DNA of 63,993 bases, filler included, from Phoronis australis (taxonomy: Eukaryota; Animalia; Phoronida): NCBI GenBank assembly GCA_002633005.1. It is 6 parts of 6 records of this genome, joined end to end, with 100 filler letters (N's around TTAATTAATTAA, not from the genome) between each part and the next. Parts side by side here need not be neighbours in the genome. Positions count along the whole stretch, not along the records: positions 1 to 16,052 come from NMRA01000175.1; positions 16,153 to 34,513 come from NMRA01000251.1; 4 more parts are not named here. One strand, given 5' to 3'. Positions 12,943 through 24,537 of this stretch are shown in pieces (within the stretch, counting starts at the first letter, position 1; each line of letters opens with the position of its first letter). Under the pieces are notes generated by a model that worked only from the letters and a program-made list of their open reading frames with translations, was not told the origin of the DNA and made no database searches. The position numbers and the translations under genes were made by a program.

Positions 12943-13088
12943 GTAACTTCCGGTCAGCTTATAAGGACTGTGTTTTATCACGTAAACTGAAGCCTGATCA
13001 CGTGAAGTCGATAATGCGTGGGGCAGAGTGTTGTGCACGGCTGAAAGACTACAGCACTGCCATCAGGTGGTGTGATGCTGGACTAATG
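12943..13088 (+). CDS. TTC4: TTC4 internal exon, ending at a U12 donor
   Basis: ttgcag|(G)NFRSAYKDCVLSRKLKPDHVKSIMRGAECCARLKDYSTAIRWCDAGLM|atatcctttt; phase-compatible with the preceding exon. Confidence 0.9.
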
Positions 13089-14238
13089 ATATCCTTTTGT
13101 CAGTGAATGCTACTTGATGACTTTGTTGTTTTTAATTCAAAATGAATTAAGTGTGCTTGAATAAGTACTTTATAGAGTACGTGAATGACTGTCTAATGGT
13201 AGTTTGCGTTTGATGACCCCATCATTTAAACTACGCTTAGTTTGAGTCTGAACTCAAAATCTCGAGTTTTCACGCAAAATCTGGGTTTTTGCTCACCAAG
13301 TTTTTAGCCGGGATCATCTAGTGATATCATGTTCATTTGAGTTATAAGGGAAATCACGGGCCCAGATCTTTCTTTTGAAATTCACAATATCAAAATTAAA
13401 ACATCATGTCCCATTGTAAAAGCCCAGCATGTGTATGGGAAGCTATGTCTTATTTCTCAACTGAAGGACTAGTTTCAAATAACATTGGGCAGAAGTACTG
13501 TAACAATTTTCCATCCAAATTGGACCGACTCAACCCACTTGTAGAAGTCAATGGAGTTTATAACATTTATAATAAATTTTTGATTGCAAAATTCAGAAGC
13601 AGTACAAGGCTTGAAATTCACCAGCTGACGGTAACGAGACGATGATTCTACATTCAATGCCTGCACGTATGTCTTGTGTAACACTTTGGCACGGCTGTGA
13701 CAAGGAGCAGATAGCTCACACCTAGGCATGAAAATTAGGCAATGTGTTGTCTATTTCAATGTCCACATTCCTTTGTTTTCAAGTAATGAGCTATGAATTA
13801 TGTCCTGGGCTTGATGGTACTTTAAGCATTTGGCCGAGCTGGCAGGTCTTCGTCTGCGCAATGCCTTAGCTACAAAGTCCTCTTTGGTAGTGAACACGCT
13901 TTTGTTCTCAACCTATTCAGATGATAGAAAGAGTGAACAGTGCCAGCGAGTTAAAATCAAGGCTTTTTTGTGTTGTGTCATCAGGTCGCCCATCACAACC
14001 TATTTCATGCCGCACTTTCTGTTTTAAAGTTGCGTGTTTCGGAAGGTGCATCTGATTTACTTCTGGAGGTAGCTCAAATGTGCGCTAGGGCTTACTTTCA
14101 GAGATTTCCAATACTTTCTATTTAGTGAAGCTGATTTTTGTATTCTGTCACTTTCCGCGATACATTCATTTAATACTTACCATGGCTCATTGGCTCTTCT
14201 GTGTCACTCCGGCTTTATTTTTCCTTAATGTTTTCTAC
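13089..14238 (+). other. U12-type (minor spliceosome) AT-AC intron
   Basis: 5' splice site ATATCCTTTT, branch site TTCCTTAAT at 14221-14229, 3' splice site ...ttctAC. Splicing keeps the TTC4 frame. Confidence 0.9.
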
Positions 14239-14295
14239 TTAGATTCAACAGATGCCAAATTTTTGGAACTCCGTGCCAAGTGCGTGGAAGATCAG
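14239..14295 (+). CDS. TTC4: TTC4 internal exon; later exons not found in this window
   Basis: LDSTDAKFLELRAKCVEDQ|gtaaaa continues the TTC4 pattern after WCD.GL. Confidence 0.85.
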
Positions 14296-14334
14296 GTAAA
14301 ATTATGTGAACTGAATTGATGTAATTGTGGTTTT

Positions 14335-16052
14335 ATGCTTTTTTCACCCACACGTTTATATGTGGGTGTATATTGCCCTAATCTCTGGCCGTCCATCATC
14401 CACTGCTGTATCTCCTGAGCATATTTTTGGATGATAATGAGGTTGTGCACGTGTTCCTATGTAGCTGACAAGTTTCGGACCTATTATGACTAACACTCTG
14501 CTTCCTAATGGCAATTTTAGGTTCTAACGTTTAGCTCTGTGTCCTCGGAGTTCCGTAACGGATTTTCATAAAATTTGGCAAATATGTATGTATTAGTGAG
14601 ATGATGTCACCTTCCCATTTTTGGATGGATTTGATGTATTTTGCATCACTTAGTGACCATTTTTACTGATTTCGTGTCTGTTTTTGGCGTGTGCCCCTCT
14701 ATCAACCAAACCACTCTAAGGATGATTCTGGAAATTGGCATATATGCTTCTATAGTGAAGAGAGCAGCTGAGGATGGTTTTCATATGGCTCCAAACACTG
14801 TGGTGTCTCCTAGTGGCAGTTTTTTTTTGCGTCCGTGGCTGTATCTCCTAAATCCTCTATAGGATCTTTATTAAGTTTGGCGAATGTATTTATCAGGGCT
14901 TGGAATTTTCCGCAGAAAACGCGGATTTCCGCTTTTTTCAAATGTTCTGTCCACGCATTTTATTATATTTCCGCTTAAAAAAATCGGATTTGATATAAAA
15001 TATCCGCGGCAAATTCCTTTTTTACCACGGCGTTGCAGACGACGTTCACCTCCAAAAGCGGAAGTTGCTCTTTATGTTTCGGAGGAACGTAAATTGTCAA
15101 CATTGCCGGGGCATCTGGGTAAGCGTGGTGGGATTTTCAATGGCGTCTCGTGTTATTGTAAACTGCGGCGACAAATACTACGGCTCTGCAGCCAAAAATG
15201 TGTGGCTTGGGAGTGGAAGGACGAGCGAAAAGGACGCAGACGCGTGCTAGTGGTATGATGGTGGTAGCGTTTTTTGTTTTCTTCTTTTTTTTAGTCCTCC
15301 CGATTTTTGTCGGGGAAAGGTTCACATCGACCATTTCAAGGCTGGGTAGCGCGCATGATTTGGGCCATAAAAGTTTCCGCGTTTTTTGTCATTGGTCATT
15401 CCAAGCCCTGATTTATGTGGAGTTGGTAACGGATGTGTGCGACTTTCAGATGGATCTAACTACTGGTGCGAAGCTGGAATTACAAGGCACGGCCACATAA
15501 TCGTTTCTGCCCTAGTTTATCTGAACTTTTGGAGAGTAGAGCGTCTTGAACTAATTTTAGGGATTTTAAGGAATCTTGACAAGGAGGTATGTGGTCACAA
15601 TCCGTCAGGCACCAGTTGATTTTCAAACAGATTCGTTCTCTGCAGCACCCTCTAGTGGCCATTTTGGTCTAGACAAGGGGATTTTCATTCTTTTTGAAGG
15701 AAGAGTGGTTCCCGGTGGTGTCTAAGGAACTGATGGATTTCAATTGAACTTGACTCTGGTATAAGTGATAGCAATATGCTAGGACCATTTAATTTTCATG
15801 AGGATTCGACCACTGCAGCACCCCCTAGTGGCAAAATGTCTGTTCGTCATCTCGGAAACCGTGGTGATATTTTGATGAAATTTGGCACAACAATGTAGAG
15901 CAGCACTAGGGCAGTGCATGTCCGCTTTCAATATGTCCTGAGGGCATGGCCAATGCTTTTTGGAATTTTGCGGGAAGATCATTTCTGTATGATATATAAA
16001 GAACTGATCAACAGGTTTCGATGAAACTTGAATCTTGGATATATGATGCCAA
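14335..16052 (-). mobile_element. Minus-strand member(s) of the core-repeat family seen at 22.9-27 kb, interrupted by another insertion at about 14895-15500
   Basis: Terminal hairpin CACCCACA-N8-TGTGGGTG at 14345. Reverse-complement similarity to 25.8-26.9 kb. CTCF-like sites at about 14808, 15643 and 15815. Confidence 0.55.
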
Positions 16053-16152
16053 NNNNNNNNNNNNNNNNNNNNNNNNNNNNNNNNNNNNNNNNNNNNTTAA
16101 TTAATTAANNNNNNNNNNNNNNNNNNNNNNNNNNNNNNNNNNNNNNNNNNNN
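16053..16152. other. Artificial contig linker (N-run + TTAATTAATTAA + N-run); also at 34514, 49876, 55572 and 62779
   Basis: The same ~100-nt structure occurs five times. The 12-mer places stop codons in all six frames. Confidence 0.95.
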
Positions 16153-17738
16153 AGTGGCACGCGCTTTAGCATTGGTCGATGTAATCTTGGCAGTCATTGG
16201 TTAGCTTTACAACACCTTGAAAAAATGGCGGACTGTGAACGATTTTTAGCCTTGTCATGCAAGTGGCGTCGCAGCAACTATTTCGTTTCTGCAGTGATGT
16301 TTAATAGCCGCGTGCTTGAAACACATACATGCACAATAAACACACATTATGTGGCCGATTTAACCGGTGTGTTATTCATAGTGTATAAGGACATTATCGT
16401 AAACAAAAGTCATCGACAGTAGAAAGATGCATTCCGAAAAGGCTCAGTCACAATTTCTAGGCTTCACATTTCCTGAACATAAATTTTAAGCACCGATTTG
16501 TCTGTACAACAGACCACATTTACACTTCAGTCCATCAGCCATGCCAGTTTGTTTGCGCAAAGCGCTGCCTGTTGACGAATCGACTAGCCAATCAGAAATG
16601 CCGGTGTAAAAAAATTTACAGAGGAAATTTAAGTGATACCTGCGTGCTGGCGCGGCTACCGCCTCACCTAGCGGCACGCAGGGAACCAGCGAGATATTAA
16701 GTTATGATGCTTTGTTTTGAGGTTATTTTATATTAAGTTATGATGCTTTGTTTTGAGGTTATTTTATATTAAGTTATGTTGATTTACTGTTCACACTTTC
16801 TCTAGACTGTGTCCTTCATACCATGAGGAGTGTTGGTCAGTGTGAACACTAAATTTTGGTAACAAACAGGTGCATATAAAAGAGGAACGTTGACAACGAA
16901 TGTTGTATGTTATGAGAGTTATGGACTGGTGTCGCAGTCAATAACTGAGCGTGTTATTGGTATCACTTTCAAATATTTTCTCAATCACTGTGTCACAACT
17001 AATAAGCATTTGATTATATCAATTATCCAAGTACAATACTTCAATTTAAAAAGATTACAGTCCGATAAAACGTTTTCAGAATGCCAGCTTGCGTTAATTT
17101 GTATGACCCCCACCTCAATCCATGATTACTTCAGTTTACATGCTACTTCCCTGGAGGTGGTATGATAAAGTCTAAGAAGAGCTTTGCACATCAGGACGTT
17201 AAGTAAAATCTAAGGCCCTCACATGAGTGTATACCTAATGCACACTTTCAGCACCTCATCCACACAGTGGGTAAACCATTCTAACATGACTTTTACTTTA
17301 GTACTGTAGTTAATAGAATATTTCACAAAAAATGCATTGCTTGTGGTACTCCGGTCATAAAAACTTGTGCAGAATCACAAACATAATGTAGTAAGTTTAT
17401 TGACTTGAACAAAATTTACACCAGTATGCATCTGAACACTAGTCATAACAAGAATATATATTCGTCTTAACTTTTCCAAGTATCTATTAAAAGCGTACGA
17501 CTCTACACTAACATACCGTCTTCAGCATGTTTGTGTGGATGAAACAGGTTCATTTGACTGGATATATCATAATTAGTTACTCTGCTTAAAGCAACGTCCA
17601 CCAGATGTCGCCAAGCAAGGTGACACCACATGTCCTAGCCTCTCACATCATCATTAGTTTGAGAAAGGCCTCAGAGTGAAGGTCACATTTATGTCGACTC
17701 ACTTTTAATTGACATTTCTAAATGCTTGTCATTTTCAG

Positions 17739-20536
17739 GTAGAGAAAACTGAAAGTGAACGGATATATAAGCTAGTCAATCTGCTCAAACGGGCTGGTCC
17801 TGAAGCATTTAGCAAGTTCCTAGAGGCATTGGAAGAGACCAAGCAAGCCTTCATTGCAGAATCCTTAGCAAAGCTGGACTTGGATTCTTTAGATGGTAAT
17901 TTTTGCACTTGGATGAATCATGACAAATTGGTAATAAAACATAAAATGAAATTCATGAATTTTCTCATATGAAGAGGGATACAGGTCATGTTGCTCAGAA
18001 TTGTGTGACTTTGTCATGACCAGTTTTCCTATAAAAAGATGCCTTTTCTAACAAAAGTTCCAAAGCCTTTTCTGACAAAATTCTTCACAAACTGGTTTAA
18101 TTTGTTAGTTTAAAACTCTACAAAAGCTTCCCTTTTCCAACAACAAAAAACTACAAAATGGGTTAAATATCTACTTCAATAACTTTTGTTGCAAAATATA
18201 GGCTAACTTCTTGTACCGATTCAGATTGAAAGGGTTGTTACTAAATTAGGCAATCCATAAGGCCCAATTAAAGGTATCTATACTAACGAAATTAATTGCT
18301 ACAAAATAGTGGTGTTTCTGGACCAAAACCCTATGAAAGAGGGATTTTATCATGAAAGATCGGGTCCCACTTTTTCTTGTCCAATCTCCAAATGGGTGGG
18401 TATCCAAATTTTCCAGCAACAGACTCCACAATCAAAATATAGTTGAGAACCCACGGGAGTAAACGTATTTGAAAAGCTTCAGCGAAGTACAAGCAGTAGA
18501 AAGTATCGTATTATTAACCACTATATGCTTTCATTGAAGATGGGCAGTGTTCCAAGAAGGAAAAATGTTGCCATGCACGACAATCAAAGTACATAATCCT
18601 GCTAGAACTCTTGCGTGTGTCTTAGGTCTATAGAATGAAACCAGTTGGGCAAGCACTGAGAAGCATCCACTTATAAGATGCTTTACTTATAGGTGGGTCT
18701 AAACAAATTTTGGCTGTCATTGAAGCAAGTCTGACAACGCACACGAGAGAAAAGATGAAGATGAGAGACCTCAGGAAACTCGTTGATATCATCAACAGTC
18801 AACGAGAAAAGAACAGGTGAACGTGGTAAAAAATCTTCAATTTGAGACATAATATGCCGGACAGGTGAAATTTCATTTTGGAAAATTTCTCAACAAAAAA
18901 TAACTTTTTAGGAAAATTGACTTTGCTTTTAACATGGTTTGTATGGTGTAGCTATTACCGGTCAACATTTGGTAAACTTTTGAGCATTTGCCTCTAAAAA
19001 ATATAAATATGGCAGTTTATTTTAGTCCCAAATTGAAGAAATTCTACCTTAACAGCAGCCAAGATAATAGAACTGGAGAAAGATGAGGTTTTTCAACCTC
19101 AGGAGGCTTAAGAGATTTTGGCATGAAGAACGGCAATCAGGTGTAAAACATTAAGATTAACAAATAGTTACACATGATCAAATATTTGCTATAACCACTG
19201 GACCCATAACAATTATCAAAATAGGAAAATGCAAAGGTTATGTTTTGAAACGTTCTTTGAAATTCAGCAAACACAAGAACATGCACAGCATTGGATGAAG
19301 GTAAATGAACTGATACATGAGTGGTATACCCGATTGGGATGAAGTGAATCTGCAAAGGCAGTTACACTATTCACAAATGAATGAGAAAGTACGGAAGGAA
19401 GACAATCCAAGAGTATATACAAGATATTGCCAACTTCTGCATCTTTCAATCTACTCAGTGTATGCTTACACAAACTTAATCCAAGCAGTTTCAAATTTTC
19501 TTTTGAATTTTCCAGTGGTGAACTTGAAGTAGCAAATGACAAACTCTCCAAAGCACTACTCACTAACAAAGACTTGCAAGACCAGCTGGAGGACAAGGAA
19601 CTAGAGCTTACTAAACTGAAGGATGAAATCCGTGCCAAAGAAATAGCCATACATGGCTTCCAAAAAGAGATCAGAGGCCACAAAGACAAAGTGCAGAAAG
19701 ACACGGCTCTTGAAAGCCAAATCACACAATTCAAAGCGATAGAGTCAGGGCTTTTGAGTCAAATTGAACAACAAGAGACTATTATACAAGAAGCAGAGAG
19801 TAAGCTTGATGAGTTGGTGGGCACGGAAATGAACAATAACGAAGTCACATTCAGGTCTGAACCGGAAGGAAATGAGGGCGAGATTGGAAGCAAAAATGTC
19901 TTGCTTCTACACATACAATTTGTTGGAGATAAAATTAAAAACATCGAGGATGAACTGATGAAGGCCAAGAGGCAAGTGGAGGAGCTGAGGATAGTGGAGA
20001 AAGAGTGCTTGAAGATGCTGGACATCGATGAGATTGAAACTGAACGTTCTGTTGAACTCCAGGACAACCTGAAGCGATTCTTGGAGGAGAATGAGAGAGA
20101 GAGGGAGGAGGAGAGATGCCACATTGAACAGTTAGAGCAGAAACTGGATAAGGCATACTGTAGAAAAGTGGAACTGAAGAACCAACTTAAAGAGCTACAG
20201 AAGGATAAGGACATGTTGAAACATGAGAAGGAGTCATTGAAGCATAGTATCAGGTTCATGAAACAGAAGATTCACAGTAAGTCGCCAGTGCAGACCAACC
20301 GACTAACATTTGAAGCAGATGGTGATCGCAGTCAATCGACTCTGCCTAGAATTCATCACCCCGGCTTCAGAGGGAGCTACAGCATCCAACCATCTGCCAG
20401 AAGATTAAGAAAGAGTGCCACAGAACCAACATCCTTAGATAGGATGTCGTCAGATGAAGACTTTTTAAGTCGAAAAGTCAATGATGGATATAGCGGGAGA
20501 AAGAAGACACGTCACTTATCAATGGATTTTTCATGA
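17739..20536 (+). CDS. CARD + coiled-coil protein, paralog 1 (exons 17739-17895, 18693-18816, 19516-20536; first CARD exon not located)
   Basis: Exon VEKTESERIYKLVNLLKRAGPEAFSKFLEALEETKQAFIAESL has the CARD C-terminal motif (L.RxGPxAFxxFxxAL). GT-AG junctions in phases 0/1/2 join in frame to a long E/K/L/Q heptad-rich exon and an S/R-rich tail. Confidence 0.85.
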
Positions 20537-22849
20537 ACATAAAAATGAGTTCAGACGAGATTCTTTGACAAGCTTTCACCTGCAGAATCAATTAGATTAT
20601 CTAATTCATGATTTATATTTTGATAATAAAACACTTTAGCTTGAAACCACCACCAAGTTGGTGACCCCAGTGCTATGACATGATAATGCTGTTATGGCTC
20701 AGTTTATGAATGATTAGATGTGCCACAAAGTTCATAAAGCCTAGACATTTCAGTTACAGCAGCAGATAAAATACATTTATTGACATTAGAATCGATATCT
20801 GAGGCATATAGATCAGAAAGATCAAAGTGCACATTGTCCATTCATGAAGATGCCGTAAACATTCTTCAGTTTGAACAGGTGAAATTTCATTTTGTCAAAC
20901 TTCTCAAAAAAATTTCTTTTCAATAATATTTACCTTGCCCTTAATGAGAATTATACAGTGTAGCAATTACCAAACAATCATTAGGTAAGAGTTCAGCACT
21001 GCCCCATATTAAAGAGTTTTTACCGTATCTTTCACATTCTTTTAATTAAGAAATACCTTGGGTTTTGAAATCATGCCATGGAAACATGAAAACGGTAAGT
21101 AAATATAACGGGATCTGCTGAAATAATGCATTTCAGAAATGCAACAAAATTAGAAAAAAAAACACTCTTAAAAATCATACATTCTAAATATGCTTTGAAA
21201 AATATGTTTGTGAGAAAACAATTTTTCACAGGCCGCCTATGATAACAAATGAGTTAATTACCATGATGTACAGTGAAATACGGCTATCAGAAAGCAGTTT
21301 TACCACGAGCTACTGGTGTTGTATTTACTCCAGTGCCTGATTGCATAAACAGTCCTAAATAGGGATTCAGCTCCCTAACTCTTTTGCATATTTGGATCGT
21401 TTACTCACAGATGTAACATTTCTCTATCAATTGATCTTTATTATGAGCCCCAGCTTCACTAATGGCATTTCCTAATAACATAAATAAAAACTGAGCCCCG
21501 AGTTCCATGAAAATAAAATAAGAACTTAGTCCTTAAACTATGGACATTGCAAGAAAAGATCCCAACTTGTTTTCAAAAGCATCAATAATTAAAGGTAGAG
21601 TTTACTCTCGATTTTTATTGAAGACAAAAACTGAGATAGTAGTGAAACTAAAACAGCTTAAGAAAGGTCAATCAATGTTTTCACAGTCATCAAATACTCG
21701 TTAGATTTAGGGAATTTTGCTGAATGTCTATTTAGTCTCTAGGACTGTTTCTTGCAAACAGGCATTGGTATACCTGAATTTCTTTTCCAAGACACATAAG
21801 TACAGGAAAATTCCACCGTCAACTTTAACTGCTAAAAAACAATGAATTCACATAACTTTATAGTCTGACTGCACTGTAGACTGGCTCTCCAGCCTTTGCA
21901 TGTTCCACAGAATAAGAGAATAAGTATTTCTCACTCAAATGCTGGAAATCGGATACAGTTTCCAATGCAGAAAATACAGAAACAGCTCTTCTAAGTATTC
22001 TCTGCCCAATGGTGCATCAGCTTAGTTGAAAAAATTTCTCAATGTTTTCACCAGTCAGACAGCTGAACAAGAGGTTCATGGGACAAAACTCGAACATTTT
22101 TGTCACAACAGAAGCAGCTAGACTGAACTGTCACATTACTGAATTGTGCTACATTTAGGAAAACAAACTTTGCAATTCCAGGAATAAGAAAACCACCATT
22201 AGCTCCTAAAACTTACATTTTAAAATGTTTTGTGATCATTTCTGAACACTCGATATATACACACAAATCAACGAGACACTATCTTAAAGGCATGGAGCCT
22301 GAGTCAGTTTGAAAGAGTAACTTTAGCCTTTGATCGACACTAAAAGTTAATTTCAAATAGTACAAATTTAACACTTGAGCACAGAAGTTTTGCAGAGCGT
22401 CATTTGGTATGAAAAGTTAACTTCGGTGGACTTAACAACAAACCATTGATGCTTCAATGTAGTAACGTTGAGATCTTACTTGACAATATTTTGTTGAAAT
22501 ATTCGTTCTACTAGTAAAAGCATATCTGAATGTAACTATTGCCTACTATAGAGCATGGGTGTGCTAATCCCGAAGAGGTATATAAGGCTCACAGTCAGAA
22601 TGAGCCTTTCAATAGCCTTCAAAAAGAATCCAACAGAATTATTTTCACTTAGGTGAATATTACAACAAAGCAAAAATAAGCAAAGCCCTATGAACAACAC
22701 CAGGCAAAATTGAGGGAAAAAATTATGGAAATGATATTGACAGCGTGATGGAGGACCAAGATAAAGGTGATGATGATGATGAAATAATTATATGAACATG
22801 GGTGAGGAGTCAGGTTCATCCATCTGCTGTCAATTTAATAGGAATATAC

Positions 22850-24130
22850 AAGCCAAATTTCTAAACACACTTGCAAGAGAATTAGGTGAAACAACAATAC
22901 AAGCAAAAATGCCACTAGGGGATGCCACAGTAGACGGACCTGTTAGAAAACCAACGTATGTTGTGCTGTCAGTAGAAAAACATTTTCTCATTTTCAGAAT
23001 GATCCTCGGAGCCATTTAGCAGATATCAAAGCAGACTACAAATAACAGCCTCAAAACCAGTAAAAATGGCTCCTAAGTGGTACTGAACACATTGAATCCA
23101 TCACAAAAAAGGTGCAGTTGACTACAAAATAGGAAAATGTTTTCCAAATTTTATTAACAACTGTCAAGGATCTCTGGATTTTAAAGTGGCAAACATAACA
23201 ACTAAAATTACCACTAGGGGACACAAAGGTAGCCAGAGATGTTCAAAGGTCGTGGACAGGAGTTGTGACATTTTTAAGAAAAAATTGAATGATTCACATA
23301 TATCCTACAAGACTTAGGAGAATTAGCAGTGAATGTAACAAAGGCAAAATCACCACTACGGAGTGCCACAGAAGTCAGACTTGTCCACTATGGTCTTCTC
23401 ATTAGGAATAAATTTACTAAAGTTTCATAATGACAGTTTGGCCACTAGGTGGTGCAGAATATGTCAAATCTATTTGAAAATACAAAGGCATCATTGTCTT
23501 CTTAAATGAATCTTACTGATGAATTTCATGAAAATCCATTCATAAGTTTTGAAGTTACAGAAGCCAACATAAAAAGTAAAACTGCCACTAGGGAACACAG
23601 CAGTGGTTGGATTGATAAGAAATTTGGCATTGTCTGTTGTCAGCTTCATTGAAGTTACGTAAGTCTACAAAATTCACAAAGATTTGCAAGAGGTTAAGGA
23701 GATACCGTAACTATGAATGCCAAGAGATGGCCACTAAGGAGTGCCAGAGTAGTCAAGGCCATCAAATAGTTTTCTGGATAGAGGGGTAAACACCAAAAAT
23801 GACTTGGAAATTTTAAAAATAGCCACTAGGTGTCGCAGAATACGTCAAATCTGTGTGAAATTGGGAAGGCACCTCCTAAATAAAAATCAGTATTTGTCCA
23901 AATTAATGAAAATAAATCATGGAATTCCAAAGATACATATACAAAAAAACGAAAATGGTCACTAGGGGGCACAGAGATATTCGGATCAGTCCAAAACTCA
24001 TTGCCATTTGTTGTCTTTTTCACCCAGGACATACCTGATAAATCTTATTAAATCATAGGAGTGATTAATAAAGAAAAACAGCAGCAGACACCACCAGTCA
24101 TACATTAGATGCCTTAGGACAAACATGATG
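22850..24130 (+). repeat. Degenerate array of ~145-bp core repeats, each with a CCACTAGG(T/G/A)GGC-like motif (array A)
   Basis: Motif instances near 22911, 23210, 23353, 23441, 23584, 23730, 23822 and 23958. Confidence 0.75.
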
Positions 24131-24537
24131 GCATTTCGTAAATGTGAGGGCTTAAAAATTGAAAACAAACAAGAAACAAAAATAGTGTGAAGAGTAAAAT
24201 AAATAAAAAATACCAACACGGGCGTATGGGTTGCTGAAGGAAATATTGGGCCACTGTTAAACGCAAAAAATAAGCACCCAAGGAATTTGTTGGAGAATCA
24301 TTCATTTTTTGGCATTGCCCATAGCAAACAGTGAGCATTTCAATATCAACAGGTAGCTTATCATGCAGACAGTCCTATGCACAACATTTCCTTGAGTCTT
24401 GGATGATTAATATTCTACAAATTGATGGCTTGGGATTAGAAAGATAAGGAAACAGGTTAACAAGCTGAAGGCAAAATGTGATGAAATGGAGTAGAAATCT
24501 CTTAGCCAGCAATGTGACCCAACAATAAGCCAGCAAT

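Noticed and set aside
16097-16108. Recurrent TTAATTAATTAA palindrome as a biological motif
   Set aside because: It always sits centred in N-runs of constant length, so it is an assembly linker.
16890-17165. Missing first CARD exon of paralog 1
   Set aside because: There is no convincing CARD helix 1-3 pattern, and the donor phase does not fit.
19427-19515. ORF-track start of the 369-aa coiled-coil protein
   Set aside because: This part is intron; the acceptor ttttccag| at 19515 links in frame to the upstream exons.
19264-20259. Long antisense ORFs (also 32231-32824)
   Set aside because: They are S/F/L-rich shadows of the coiled-coil exons on the opposite strand.
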